Below, piece after piece: positions 1 through 9,912 of a stretch of DNA of 64,000 nt. The DNA is taken from assembly GCF_030538755.1 (NCBI RefSeq), contig NZ_JAUNTJ010000018.1, forward strand, positions 1,637-65,636. The letters are read 5' to 3'. Position numbers and translations under genes: made by a program. This DNA is from Paracoccus sp. (in: a-proteobacteria). GTDB taxonomy: Bacteria; Pseudomonadota; Alphaproteobacteria; Rhodobacterales; Rhodobacteraceae. How positions within the stretch are numbered: position 1 is the first letter of the stretch; every line of letters begins with the position of its first letter. Below the pieces are notes generated by a model. The model worked only from the letters and a program-made list of their open reading frames with translations, did not search any database and was not told the DNA's origin.

Positions 1-1
1 T

Positions 2-211
2 CCGGGCTTTGGCATCGGGCCGCATGGCACCGGCGCGCGGGGCGTGCTTGAGGTGCGCTGCCACGAGGCGCCTTTTGCGCTGGAGCATGGTCAGGTCGTC
101 GGGCGGCTGGTGTATGAGCGCATGGCCGCGCGCCCGGATCGCCTTTATGGTGCCGACATCGCCTCGAACTATCAGGGACAGGGGCTGAAGCTGGCGAAAC
201 AGTTTCGCTGA
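2..211 (+). CDS. dcd: dCTP deaminase, C-terminal part (runs in from the window edge)
   Basis: Frame 2 reads PGFG...GARGVLEVRCHEAPFALEHGQVVGRLVYERM...LYGADIASNYQGQGLKLAKQFR*, the typical C-terminus of alphaproteobacterial dCTP deaminase. Stop TGA at 209-211. Confidence 0.85.
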   Translation, partial: PGFGIGPHGTGARGVLEVRCHEAPFALEHGQVVGRLVYERMAARPDRLYGADIASNYQGQGLKLAKQFR

Positions 212-232
212 GCGCGGCCTTACGCGCCGGAT

Positions 233-391
233 TCAGCCGCGCTTGCGGGTGGTGCGCGCCGCCTGTCGGGCGCGTTTGACATCGGCCCGTCTGGCCTGCG
301 GCTTTTGCGCGGTGGCGGCGGGCTTGGCCGTGGTCTTGTTCGCGCCGCCGATCATGGTTTTCAGGCGGTTTACAATGTCTTTCAGGCTCAT
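233..391 (-). CDS. 52-aa small basic protein (not in the ORF track), probable paralog of 448-651
   Basis: Translated by hand: MSLKDIVNRLKTMIGGANKTTAKPAATAQKPQARRADVKRARQAARTTRKRG*. GAGGGT SD-like sequence upstream of the ATG. Co-oriented with scpAB. Confidence 0.6.
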   Translation of the reverse strand: MSLKDIVNRLKTMIGGANKTTAKPAATAQKPQARRADVKRARQAARTTRKRG

Positions 392-447
392 GCCGGACCC
401 TCGAATCTGTGGCGGCCAGCATAACCCGGCCGTCTGGCTTTGGCGAT

Positions 448-651
448 TCAGAACCGGATAAAGCGGCGCAGCACGCGCATGGCCTGACGGGTGCGGCTGC
501 TGTTCTGGCGGGCGATCTGCTGGCGCTTGCGGGCTTCCTCGCGCGTTTCACCGGGGCGCGCCTGGGTCTGGCCCATGCGCTTGATACCGGCGTTCACGCC
601 CCAGCCCAGCAGGAACCGGCCAAGGATGCGGGTCAGTTGGTTCATGTTCAT
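448..651 (-). CDS. Small basic hypothetical protein coupled to scpB
   Basis: 67 aa, Arg-rich C-terminus (RTRQAMRVLRR). Start overlaps the scpB stop (ATGA). Confidence 0.7.
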   Translation of the reverse strand: MNMNQLTRILGRFLLGWGVNAGIKRMGQTQARPGETREEARKRQQIARQNSSRTRQAMRVLRRFIRF

Positions 652-1319
652 GGCTCATCCTCGAAAAGATCGTCCGCAACGGGCGGAGTGGCGGTGGGTT
701 CATCGTCATCCGCATCATCTGTGGACGGCGCGGCAAGGCCGGGCAACAGGGAATCGGGGGCACCCGATTCCAGCAGACCGGCGGCGCGCAGCTCGCTTAG
801 ACCCGGCAGATCGCGGGCGCTTTCAAGGCCGAAGTGGTCCAGAAAGCCCTCGGTCACGACAAAGGTTACGGGGCGGCCCGGCGTCATCCGGCGGCGACCG
901 ACGCGGACCCAGCCAATGTCGATCAACTGGTCCAGTGTGCCGCGGCTGACGGCGACGCCGCGGATTTCCTCGATCTCGGCGCGGGTGACGGGCTGGTGAT
1001 AGGCGATGATCGCCAGCGTTTCGGTGGCCGCGCGCGACAGGCGGCGCTGTTCGGTGGTGGTATCCTGCATCAGAAACGACAGGTCGGGCGCGGTGCGAAA
1101 GGCCCAGCCTTCGCCGATCCGTTCCAGCACCACCCCGCGCCGGTCATACTGGCTGCGCAGATGCGCCAGGGCTTCGGGCGCGTCGCAACCGGCAGGCAGG
1201 CGTGCCGCGATTTCCCGCAGCGGCATGGGCGTGGCCGAGGCGAACAGCAGCGCCTCGACCATGCGGGCCTGTTCGGGCAGCGGCGGCGGCGGAAAGCGGG
1301 TCGGGTCGGCTGTGGTCAT
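648..1319 (-). CDS. scpB: SMC-Scp complex subunit ScpB
   Basis: EALLFAS, LSRAATETLAIIAYHQPVTRAEIEEIRGV and GRPVTFVVTEGFLDHFGL motifs. Follows scpA. Confidence 0.95.
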   Translation of the reverse strand: MTTADPTRFPPPPLPEQARMVEALLFASATPMPLREIAARLPAGCDAPEALAHLRSQYDRRGVVLERIGEGWAFRTAPDLSFLMQDTTTEQRRLSRAATETLAIIAYHQPVTRAEIEEIRGVAVSRGTLDQLIDIGWVRVGRRRMTPGRPVTFVVTEGFLDHFGLESARDLPGLSELRAAGLLESGAPDSLLPGLAAPSTDDADDDEPTATPPVADDLFEDEP

Positions 1320-2131
1320 GTCGATGCCGGCCTGCGGCGGATGCTGATGGGGGCGAACATCTGCGACTGGCGGATCTCGATCCGGCCCTGCCGGGCCAGT
1401 TCCAGCGAGGCCGCAAAGGTCGCCGCACGGGCCGAGGCCGCGCGCGGGCCGCTGCCCCAGCCGTCGGGCAGAAATTCGGACAGGTCGGTCCAGTCTCCGG
1501 CATAGCCGATCAGCCCGCGCAGCCGGTCTAGTGCCTGTTCCATGGTGAACAGGTCTTTGCGATCAAAGGCATAGGGACGAAATTCATCCCGCGTACGCAG
1601 CCGGGCATAAGCGCGCATCAGGTCCAGCAGCCCGGCCTGCCATTCGGTCTGCCGGTTGCGGGTGACGGTTTCGGGCGCGCCACGGGGGAAGCGGCTGATC
1701 CCCAGCCGGTCCCGCGCCATCAGCGTGGCCGCCGCCTGCCGCATCGCGCCAAGCCGCTCTAGCTGAAAGGCCAGATGCGCGGCCATATCCTCGGCGCTTG
1801 GGCCTTCGGCCTCGGGGTCGGGGGGCAGCAGCAGGCGCGATTTCAGAAACGCCAGCCAGGCGGCCATCACCAGATAATCGGCGGCCAGTTCGATCCGCAG
1901 CCTGCGCGCCTGATCGACAAAGGCCAGATATTGTTCGGCCAGGGCCAGAACCGAAATCTTCATCAGATCCAGCTTTTGCGTGCGCGCCAGCGTCAGCAGC
2001 AGATCCAGCGGGCCTTCGAACCCGTCCACATCAACGATCAGCGCCTCGTCCGCGCGGCGGGCGGCAACGTCATCCGCGCCGGGCGAGCTGGGAACGGGGT
2101 GCAAATGCGGGGCGGAGGGTTGGCTGGCCAT
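1316..2131 (-). CDS. scpA: Segregation and condensation protein ScpA (kleisin)
   Basis: FEGPLDLLLTLARTQKLDL and AADYLVMAAWLAFLKSRLLLP motifs. Start placed at ATG 2131 because the longer ORF extension runs through a repeat and overlaps nagZ. Confidence 0.93.
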   Translation of the reverse strand: MASQPSAPHLHPVPSSPGADDVAARRADEALIVDVDGFEGPLDLLLTLARTQKLDLMKISVLALAEQYLAFVDQARRLRIELAADYLVMAAWLAFLKSRLLLPPDPEAEGPSAEDMAAHLAFQLERLGAMRQAAATLMARDRLGISRFPRGAPETVTRNRQTEWQAGLLDLMRAYARLRTRDEFRPYAFDRKDLFTMEQALDRLRGLIGYAGDWTDLSEFLPDGWGSGPRAASARAATFAASLELARQGRIEIRQSQMFAPISIRRRPAST

Positions 2132-2201
2132 GGTGCGGGTCTGATTGGACGGTGCCACAGGGTCTGTCGAAGCGGAACCTGTGTCAAGGCGCAGGGTTGT
2201 A

Positions 2202-2254
2202 GCCGGGGGTTTCACACCCCCGGACCCCCGTGGGATATTTTCGGACCAAAGATG
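2202..2254 (-). repeat. Dispersed intergenic repeat copy R1 (subfamily A)
   Basis: Minus strand: CATCTTTGGTCCGAAAATATCC-CAC-GGGGGTCCGGGGGTGTGAAACCCCCGGC. Starts 2 nt after the nagZ TAA. Confidence 0.9.
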
Positions 2255-2256
2255 CC

Positions 2257-3228
2257 TTAGGCTGCGTCGTATTCGGCGGCGAGGGCGGGTAGGTCGGCGG
2301 AAACGGGGGGGCGGCGCAGGGCCAGTGCGGCGTCGGCGCGGCGGGTGGCGGCGGTGGTCAGGAGGCCGGCGGCATCGGCGACCTGTTCCATCTCGGCAAT
2401 GTCGCCGTTGCAATGCAGCACCACATCGCAGCCTGCGGCGATGGCGGCTGCGGCGCGCTCGGCCGGGGTGCCTGACAGGGCGTTCATGCCGATGTCATCG
2501 GTCATCAGCAGCCCGTCAAAGCCGATTCGGTCGCGGATCAGCGCGATGGCCTGCGGGGCGGCGGTGGCTGGATGGTCGGTGATCGTGGTAAAGCGGATAT
2601 GCGCCGTCATCCCCATCGGCAGGTCGGCCAAGGCGCGGAACGGGGCAAAGTCGCAAGCGTCGAGTTCCGGCAGTGGCGCTGTCACCCGTGGGGTTTCAAG
2701 ATGGCTGTCGGCTGTGGCGCGGCCATGGCCGGGCATGTGCTTCATCACCGGCAGCACGCCTGCAGCCAGCAGGCCATCGGCGGCGGCCCGGCCAAGCCGG
2801 GCGACCGTTTCCGGGTCGGTGCCAAGGCAGCGGTTGCGCAGGAACGGGTGGGTTTCGGGCTGCGCGATGTCCAGTGTCGGGGCGCAGTTGCTGTCGATTC
2901 CGGCGTCGTGCAGTTCGGCCCCGATCAGGCGGTGGCGCAGCCAGATGGCGCGTTCGCCGCGCGCGGCATCGTCGAGCGGGGCGGGCCAGTCGCGCCAATG
3001 CGGGGCGCGCAGGCGCTGCACGCGGCCGCCCTCTTGGTCGATGGTGATGACGGCATCGCGGCCCACCGCGTCGCGCAGCTCGGCGGTCAGGCGGCGCAGT
3101 TGAGCGGGGCTTTCGACGTTGCGCCCGAACAGGATGAACCCCCACGGATCGGCCGAGCGAAAGAAATCCCGCTCGGCCGGTGTGAGGGTGGTCCCGGCGA
3201 TGCCGCCAAGGATCGTGGCGCCGGTCAC
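2257..3228 (-). CDS. nagZ: Beta-N-acetylhexosaminidase (GH3)
   Basis: PWGFILFGRN, IDQEGGRVQRL and KHMPGHGRATADSH motifs. GTG start overlaps the SPOR gene stop (GTGA). Confidence 0.92.
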   Translation of the reverse strand: MTGATILGGIAGTTLTPAERDFFRSADPWGFILFGRNVESPAQLRRLTAELRDAVGRDAVITIDQEGGRVQRLRAPHWRDWPAPLDDAARGERAIWLRHRLIGAELHDAGIDSNCAPTLDIAQPETHPFLRNRCLGTDPETVARLGRAAADGLLAAGVLPVMKHMPGHGRATADSHLETPRVTAPLPELDACDFAPFRALADLPMGMTAHIRFTTITDHPATAAPQAIALIRDRIGFDGLLMTDDIGMNALSGTPAERAAAAIAAGCDVVLHCNGDIAEMEQVADAAGLLTTAATRRADAALALRRPPVSADLPALAAEYDAA

Positions 3229-4400
3229 TGTGCCGTCGCCGGGATACAGTCGGTGCCGCCGGATTTCAGCGCCTCGCAAAAGCGGCGGGCGTCGTCGCGC
3301 GAATCGAACCCGGCCACGCGCAGCCGCCAGAAGGTGCGGCCATTGGCGCGGTGTTCCTGAATGACCGGAGCCTTGCCGCTGAACTGCGACCCGAACTTGC
3401 CCGACAGGCGCGCCCATTCGCTGTTGGCGATGGCGTTGCTGTCAAAGGCACCGATCTGCGCCAGCGGTGCGCCCGATGCGGCGGTGGCGGCACGCGGTGC
3501 GGGGGCGGGGGCGGGTTCGGCACTGGCCTGCTGCACCGCAGCCGGGCGGGCGGCGGGGGCATCGGCAGAACCGGCCCCGACCGTGGCAGCAGCCGGGGCC
3601 TGCGCCGGGGTTGCCGCAGCAGAGGCAACCGCAGCAGCGCGGCGCGGACGCGGGGCCGGACGCACCGAAGCGGTCAGACCACCCTGCGCCTGAGCCTGCG
3701 CGAGTGCATCGGTAATGGCCATGGCCTGCGCCTGCTGGCCGTTTTCGTCCAGCACTGCGGCGTTGACCGGGCCTTCGCTGGCCGGGGCGTCCAGGATCTG
3801 CGCCTCGGCCACGGCCTGATCGGCGGCGGCCATCGCCTGAGCCGCAGCCAGTTCGGCGCGCATGTCGGCATCGCTTTGCGCAATCATCGGATCGGTGTCA
3901 AAGCTGATCGCCGGGTCCGAGCCGTTGGCCGGTTCGCGGGCCGTGGCACCCAGTTGGCCCATGGCCACATCGCCATCGGTCAGCCCGGTGGCCGACGGCG
4001 CGATGGCGACCTGCGCGGCAGGTTCGCTGCGGCCACCCGCTGCAACGCCGTTCACCGCCAGCCCGGTATAAGAGGTCAGTTCCCCGCCCGGATCGGCGGG
4101 CGCGGTGCGGGCGTCGCCCGACAGCGCGGTGATGACCGGCACCCCCGACACGTCGCGCATCACCAGTTGCCAGCCCCAGTAGACCAGACCGATCATCAGC
4201 CCGACCGAAACAACGGCGCCCAGATAATGTGTCAGCCTGGCCAGCCGCACCGACAGCCCTTCGGACTGTGCCTGTGCCATCTGACCAGAGTTATCGGCCA
4301 GATCATCCCAGCCGCGTTCCTCGAAGTCGTAATCCCGCCGCCCACGCTGACGCGAAAAGGTGAAACCGAATCCGCCTTCGCGGAAGTCCATCACTGCCAT
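3225..4400 (-). CDS. SPOR-domain membrane protein (FtsN-like)
   Basis: Single TM segment, Ala/Pro-rich linker and C-terminal SPOR domain (QIGAFDS...FWRLRVAGFDSRDDARRFC). Sits in the conserved argS-SPOR-nagZ-scpAB order. Confidence 0.85.
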   Translation of the reverse strand: MAVMDFREGGFGFTFSRQRGRRDYDFEERGWDDLADNSGQMAQAQSEGLSVRLARLTHYLGAVVSVGLMIGLVYWGWQLVMRDVSGVPVITALSGDARTAPADPGGELTSYTGLAVNGVAAGGRSEPAAQVAIAPSATGLTDGDVAMGQLGATAREPANGSDPAISFDTDPMIAQSDADMRAELAAAQAMAAADQAVAEAQILDAPASEGPVNAAVLDENGQQAQAMAITDALAQAQAQGGLTASVRPAPRPRRAAAVASAAATPAQAPAAATVGAGSADAPAARPAAVQQASAEPAPAPAPRAATAASGAPLAQIGAFDSNAIANSEWARLSGKFGSQFSGKAPVIQEHRANGRTFWRLRVAGFDSRDDARRFCEALKSGGTDCIPATAQ

Positions 4401-4472
4401 AGCCTGCCTGCCCGCCGGTTAACCCGGTCGCTGTTACCTGCTCGAAACCTGCTCTGGCAGCGGCGCCTGTTG

Positions 4473-6215
4473 TCAGCGCATTTCTTTTGCCGGAGCAACC
4501 CCCAAGATAGCAAGACCGCAGGAAATCACAACGCCAACTGCACGTGCCAGCGCAATTTTCGACGCAGTTGTGTCCTTATCGCCATCCTGAACAAAGCGCA
4601 GCGCGGTTTCGTCATTGCCGCGATTCCACAGCGAATGCAGGTCAGAAGCGATGTCATACAGGAAAAATGCCACCCGATGCGGCTCATGCGCGCGGGCCGC
4701 ATGTTCGACAAGGCGCGGCCATTCGGCGACCTTGCGCATCAGGTCGATTTCCGCCGGATGCGACAACCGCGACAGATCGGCCCCGGCCAGCGCAGAATCA
4801 GAGGTATCGACCCCCATATCCGCCGCGCGGCGCAGCACCGAATGCACGCGCGCGCTGGCGTATTGCACATACCAGACCGGGTTGTCCCTGGACTGTTCCA
4901 GCACCTTGGCAAAGTCGAAATCCAGCGCCGCGTCGTTTTTGCGCGTCAGCATGATAAAGCGGGTGACGTCGGCCCCCGCCTCGTCCACGACATCGCGCAG
5001 GGTGACAAAGGTGCCGGCGCGTTTGCTCATCTTGAACGGCTCGCCGTTCTTGAACAGTTTTACCAATTGAATCAGCTTGATGTCCAGCGGCACCCGGCCA
5101 TCGGACAGCGCCTTGACCGCAGCGTTCATCCGCTTGACATAGCCGCCGTGGTCGGCCCCGAACACGTCGATCAACTGGTCAAAGCCACGGTCGATCTTGT
5201 CCCAGTGATAGGCGATGTCGGGGGCGAAATAGGTCCATGAGCCATCGGATTTCTGGATCGGGCGGTCCACATCGTCCCCATGCGCGGTGGCGCGGAACAG
5301 CAGTTGTTCGCGCGCCTCCCAGTCTTCGGGCAGCTTGCCCTTGGGCGGTTCCAGCACGCCGCGATAGATCAGCCCCGCGGCGTTCAGGCGTTCGATCGCC
5401 GCCTCGATCCGGCCCGAGCCGTAAAGCGCGCGTTCCGACGAATACACATCCATGCGCACGTTCAGCAGGTCCAGATCCTGCCGGATCATCTGCATCATCG
5501 CCTCGATGGCGAAATCGCGCACCGGCACCAGCCATGCGGATTCGGGCTGATCCAGCAGGGCATCGCCGTATTTATCTTTCAGCGCCTGCCCGACCGGGAT
5601 CAGATAGTCGCCGGGATACAACCCCTCGGCGATCTGCGGTTCCAGGCCATGCGCCTCGCGATAGCGTTCAAACGCGGAACGGGCCAGCACATCGACCTGC
5701 GCGCCGCCGTCGTTGATGTAATATTCGCGCGTCACCTCATATCCGGCGAAATCCAGCAGCGCGGCCAGCGCATCGCCGAACACCGCGCCCCGGACGTGGC
5801 CGACATGCATCGGGCCGGTCGGGTTGGCGCTGACGAATTCGACGTTGACCTTTTGCCCCGCCCCCAGGTCCGAGCGCCCGAAATCCGCGCCCTGCGTCAG
5901 CGCGGCGCGGGTCACGTCCTGCCAGATCGCAGCATCAAGCCGCAGGTTCAGAAAGCCCGGCCCCGCCACCTCGGCCGCAAGGATCGGGCCGCCGGTCAGC
6001 CGCGCGGCCAGCGCATCGGCGATGTCACGCGGCTTTTTCCCGGCGGGCTTGGCCAGCACCATCGCGGCATTGGTGGCCATGTCGCCATGCGCCGGATCGC
6101 GCGGCGGCTCCACCGTCACGGCGGCGAAGTCCAGCCCCTGCGGCAGATCGCCCGCCTGCACCATTGCATCCAGCGCCGCGATCACACGCCCGCGCATTTC
6201 GGTAAAAAGGTTCAT
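4473..6215 (-). CDS. argS: Arginine--tRNA ligase
   Basis: [16 protein letters not shown] (HIGH motif), KMSKRAG, and YVQYASAR. Start at MNLFTEM. Confidence 0.97.
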   Translation of the reverse strand: MNLFTEMRGRVIAALDAMVQAGDLPQGLDFAAVTVEPPRDPAHGDMATNAAMVLAKPAGKKPRDIADALAARLTGGPILAAEVAGPGFLNLRLDAAIWQDVTRAALTQGADFGRSDLGAGQKVNVEFVSANPTGPMHVGHVRGAVFGDALAALLDFAGYEVTREYYINDGGAQVDVLARSAFERYREAHGLEPQIAEGLYPGDYLIPVGQALKDKYGDALLDQPESAWLVPVRDFAIEAMMQMIRQDLDLLNVRMDVYSSERALYGSGRIEAAIERLNAAGLIYRGVLEPPKGKLPEDWEAREQLLFRATAHGDDVDRPIQKSDGSWTYFAPDIAYHWDKIDRGFDQLIDVFGADHGGYVKRMNAAVKALSDGRVPLDIKLIQLVKLFKNGEPFKMSKRAGTFVTLRDVVDEAGADVTRFIMLTRKNDAALDFDFAKVLEQSRDNPVWYVQYASARVHSVLRRAADMGVDTSDSALAGADLSRLSHPAEIDLMRKVAEWPRLVEHAARAHEPHRVAFFLYDIASDLHSLWNRGNDETALRFVQDGDKDTTASKIALARAVGVVISCGLAILGVAPAKEMR

Positions 6216-6392
6216 CACGCTCACCTGAATTTGCGGCTTTCCGGTTAGCGCCAGCAAGGGGGGCAGGTCAACAGCGCCCTCACACACCCGCGCAAGGCGA
6301 TGCAGCAAAACGTAATGACGCGGTGCCACAAACCCGATGACAAAATCCCGGCCGGGCGCAATATGCGGGCATCTGTCCTCTGGATTTTCGTC

Positions 6393-7758
6393 ATGGCCCA
6401 ACTGACCGCCTTTAGCACGCTGAACATGTTCCAAACCTCCAGCCTTGGCGGCACCCTGATGCGCCGCAACAACCACCCGCTATCAGGGGCAGTTCAGCTA
6501 TGATGCCGCGATGAAACCGATGGGCGCGGTCACTTCGGCCACGCTGCTGGTGTCGGACAAGGCGATCATGAAGATCACCGGCATGTCCGTCGATGCAGGG
6601 GCAATCGCTGCGGCGGTGGCCACGGGCCGCACCGATTCTATCCTGTCTCTGGCGCTGCGGGGCGATGACGTGATCCTTGGGTCGTCCGGCAATGACAGCC
6701 TGATCGGCCTGACCGGGAATGACACGATCAGCGGCAAGAACGGCTCGGATCAGTTGCTCGGGTTAGAAGGCGATGACGTTCTGGATGGCGGGGCTGGTAA
6801 TGACATTCTGATCGGCGGGGCGGGACGCAACATCCTGTATGGCGGCCAAGGCATTGATGTGGCGCTTTATTACGGTGAGACACCTGTCACCGTTTCGCTG
6901 GCCCTGACCGGCTATCAGAACACCGGCGTCAGCCGCGACCGCCTGACCGGGATCGAAGCTATCGCCGGCGGCAAGGGCAATGACAGGCTGACCGGCAACG
7001 ACAGCGCCAACCTGCTTGCTGGCGGGGACGGCAACGATGTGCTGACGGGTGCTGCGGGCAATGACACTTTGTTTGGTAACGATGGCCGCGACACCATCAC
7101 GGGCGGCACCGGCAATGACGAGATCGAGGGCGGCGCGGGCGGCGACCGGCTGGGCGGGGGCGGCGGCAAGGACGCGCTGCGAGGCGATGCCGGGCACGAT
7201 TATCTGACCGGAGGAGCCGGGGCCGATACGCTGATCGGCGGTGCAGGTAACGACACGCTGGTCGGCGGGGCGGGCGATGACCAGTTGTTCGGTGGCGAAG
7301 GCATCGACACGGTGATCTTTCAGGGCGACGACGCGTTCTATGTCGATCTGGGCAGTCAGTTTCTGGTGCAGACGGGTCAGGGGCTGGACCGCTTTGACGG
7401 CATCGAAAATGCCACCACGGGCGCAGGCAACGACCTGCTGCATGGCAGCGAGGCGGCCAACCGGCTGACCGGCGGCGCAGGGCGCGATACCTTTGCGTTT
7501 CATTTCGCCAGCGACAGCGCAGCGGGGCGTGGGCGCGACGTCATCACCGACTTTGCGCCCGGCCTTGACCGGCTGAACCTGTCGCAGATCGACGCCAACC
7601 CGGATCAGACCGGCGAACAGGCGTTCCTCTGGTCGGATCGCGCCACGGCCTTTGGCCTGTGGACGGTAAAAAGCGGTGCTGATCTGCTGATCCGCGCCGA
7701 TATGGCCATCCAGTTGGCCCATCTCGATCAGATCGGGGCCGGAGATCTGATCCTGTAA
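6393..7758 (+). pseudogene. RTX/hemolysin-type Ca2+-binding repeat protein (T1SS-substrate-like), apparently frameshifted near 6460-6470; intact reading frame 6511-7758
   Basis: Many GGxGxDxLx nonapeptides and a C-terminal DVITDFAPGLDRLNLSQIDAN segment. The upstream frame [14 protein letters not shown]...GGTLM stops at 6503, while the RTX frame is open only after a TGA at 6457-6459. Confidence 0.6.
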
Positions 7759-7822
7759 CCGCCCGCCCCGGTGATCCGGTTGCTTTTTAGGCAGTCAATT
7801 GCGGGTTAAAAGCGCGAAAACA

Positions 7823-7851
7823 TTGACGCGCGGTTCAGTTTCGTCTAGGCG
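7823..7851 (+). promoter_or_regulatory. Possible sigma70-type promoter for the DEAD-box helicase
   Basis: TTGACG-N17-TAGGCG about 125 nt upstream of the ATG. The -10 lacks its final T, which is common in Rhodobacterales. Confidence 0.3.
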
Positions 7852-7974
7852 ACCCGTGCCTGCATCCGGCAGGCAATGATGCGGGGCGTGCGCAAGCGTC
7901 CCTCAAAGGCCACGGCGCGATCCGTGGCCGGACGCGTAACCGCGCCACAGGCGCGACAGTAACGAAAGCCCTGA

Positions 7975-9903
7975 ATGACGCTGTTTTCCGATCTCAAGCT
8001 GGATCCCAAGGTTCTGAAAGCCATCGACGAGGCGGGGTATTCCCAACCCACGCCCATTCAGGCGGGTGCGATCCCGCCCGCGCTGGAAGGGCGCGACGTG
8101 CTGGGAATCGCCCAGACCGGCACCGGCAAAACCGCCAGCTTTACCCTGCCGATGATTACCCTGCTGGGCCGTGGCCGCGCGCGCGCGCGGATGCCGCGCT
8201 CGCTGGTGCTGTGCCCGACGCGGGAACTGGCGGCTCAGGTCGCGGAAAACTTTGATATTTATGCAAAATACACCAAGCTGACCAAGGCTTTGCTGATCGG
8301 CGGTGTGTCCTTTGGCGAACAGGACAAGCTGATTGATCGCGGCGTTGACGTGCTGATCGCCACGCCGGGCCGTCTGCTGGACCATTTCGAACGCGGCAAG
8401 CTGTTGCTGACCGGCGTTCAGATCATGGTCGTGGACGAAGCCGACCGGATGCTGGACATGGGCTTTATCCCTGATATTGAACGGATTTTCCAGCTGACCC
8501 CGTTCACGCGCCAGACGTTGTTCTTTTCGGCCACCATGGCGCCGGAAATCGAACGGATCACCAACACCTTCCTGCACAGCCCCGAACGGATCGAGGTGGC
8601 GCGTCAGGCCACCACCAGCGAAACCATCACGCAAAAGCTGATCGAGATCACCCCCACCCGCCGCGATCAGGCCGCCAAGCAGAAACGCGAACTGCTGCGC
8701 GCCGTCATTCAGGCCGAACAGGCCCGCGACGAAGGTGCGCTGACCAATGCGATGATCTTTTGCAACCGCAAGACCGATGTGGACATCGTGGCCAAGTCGC
8801 TGAAAAAGCACGGCTTTGATGCCGCTCCGATCCATGGCGACCTTGACCAGTCGCAGCGGATGCGCACGCTGGACGGGTTCCGCGATGGATCGTTGAAACT
8901 GCTGGTCTGTTCCGATGTGGCGGCGCGCGGGCTGGATATTCCGGCGGTCAGTCATGTGTTCAACTTTGACCTGCCCTCGCACGCCGAAGACTATGTTCAC
9001 CGCATCGGCCGCACCGGCCGCGCCGGACGTCTGGGCACCGCAATCAGCATCGCCACGCCGGCCGATGAAAAATACCTGACCGCGATCGAGGCGCTGATTA
9101 AACAGGCTCTGCCGCGCGGCGATATTCCGGCGGGCTTTTCCCTGTCCGAGGCGGCGACCGCCGCCCCGCGCCCGCGCGACGACCGCAAGGGCGGGCGCAA
9201 TGGCCGTGATCGCGACCGTGACCGCCGCCGCCGCGACGACCGCCCCGGCCGCGACGAACCGGCACCCGCCGCCGTGGAACCGGCACGGGCCGACAAGCGC
9301 GATGACCGGCGCGAGGATCGTGAGGACCGCCGCGAACGGGATCGCGACAACCGCCGTGATCGCCGCGACCACGACCGCGACAACCGCCGTGATTCGGTGA
9401 TCGTCGGTTTGGGCGATCATGTGCCCGAATTCCTGAACAACGTGTTCCGCCCCGGCTATATCGAAAAACCGAGCGAGCCGGTCGAACAGGAAGCCCCGGT
9501 TGCCGCTGCGGAATCCGCCGCCGAAGAACCCAAAAAGCGCCGCAAACGCACGGATCGCAAGCCCAAGGCCGCCGATCCCGCGCCCGAGGCCGTCGAAACT
9601 CCGGCACAGGACGCGGCGCAAGACATCGCCCCCGCCGAACCTGCCGAACCTGCCGTTGTTGAGGCAGCAGCAGAACCCCCGGCAGAAGCCCCGAAAAAAC
9701 GCCGCCGCCGCACCAAGGCCGAAATCGAGGCCGACAAAGCCGCCAAGGCCTTGGCCGCCGCAGCCAAAGCCGCCGCACAGGCGGATGGGGACGCCGAAGC
9801 CCCGAAAAAACCGCGCCGCCGCCGCAAAGCCGCCCCCGAGGCCGAGGCCCCGGCAGACGCGCCCGCGGCCAGCCTGCCGGATTCTGCCACCCCGGAAACC
9901 TGA
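7975..9903 (+). CDS. DEAD-box ATP-dependent RNA helicase (RhlE-like) with a long low-complexity C-terminal tail
   Basis: Q motif (PTPIQ), AQTGTGKT, PTRELA, TPGRLLD, DEAD, SAT, ARGLD and HRIGRTGRAG motifs. Confidence 0.95.
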   Translation: MTLFSDLKLDPKVLKAIDEAGYSQPTPIQAGAIPPALEGRDVLGIAQTGTGKTASFTLPMITLLGRGRARARMPRSLVLCPTRELAAQVAENFDIYAKYTKLTKALLIGGVSFGEQDKLIDRGVDVLIATPGRLLDHFERGKLLLTGVQIMVVDEADRMLDMGFIPDIERIFQLTPFTRQTLFFSATMAPEIERITNTFLHSPERIEVARQATTSETITQKLIEITPTRRDQAAKQKRELLRAVIQAEQARDEGALTNAMIFCNRKTDVDIVAKSLKKHGFDAAPIHGDLDQSQRMRTLDGFRDGSLKLLVCSDVAARGLDIPAVSHVFNFDLPSHAEDYVHRIGRTGRAGRLGTAISIATPADEKYLTAIEALIKQALPRGDIPAGFSLSEAATAAPRPRDDRKGGRNGRDRDRDRRRRDDRPGRDEPAPAAVEPARADKRDDRREDREDRRERDRDNRRDRRDHDRDNRRDSVIVGLGDHVPEFLNNVFRPGYIEKPSEPVEQEAPVAAAESAAEEPKKRRKRTDRKPKAADPAPEAVETPAQDAAQDIAPAEPAEPAVVEAAAEPPAEAPKKRRRRTKAEIEADKAAKALAAAAKAAAQADGDAEAPKKPRRRRKAAPEAEAPADAPAASLPDSATPET

Positions 9904-9912
9904 CGCGCAGCC

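Noticed and set aside
2132-2413. N-terminal extensions in the ORF track (scpA here; also argS, nagZ, purA, cysE and g8)
   Set aside because: The extensions overlap neighbouring genes or repeats and lack family motifs, so downstream starts with an RBS or coupling were used.
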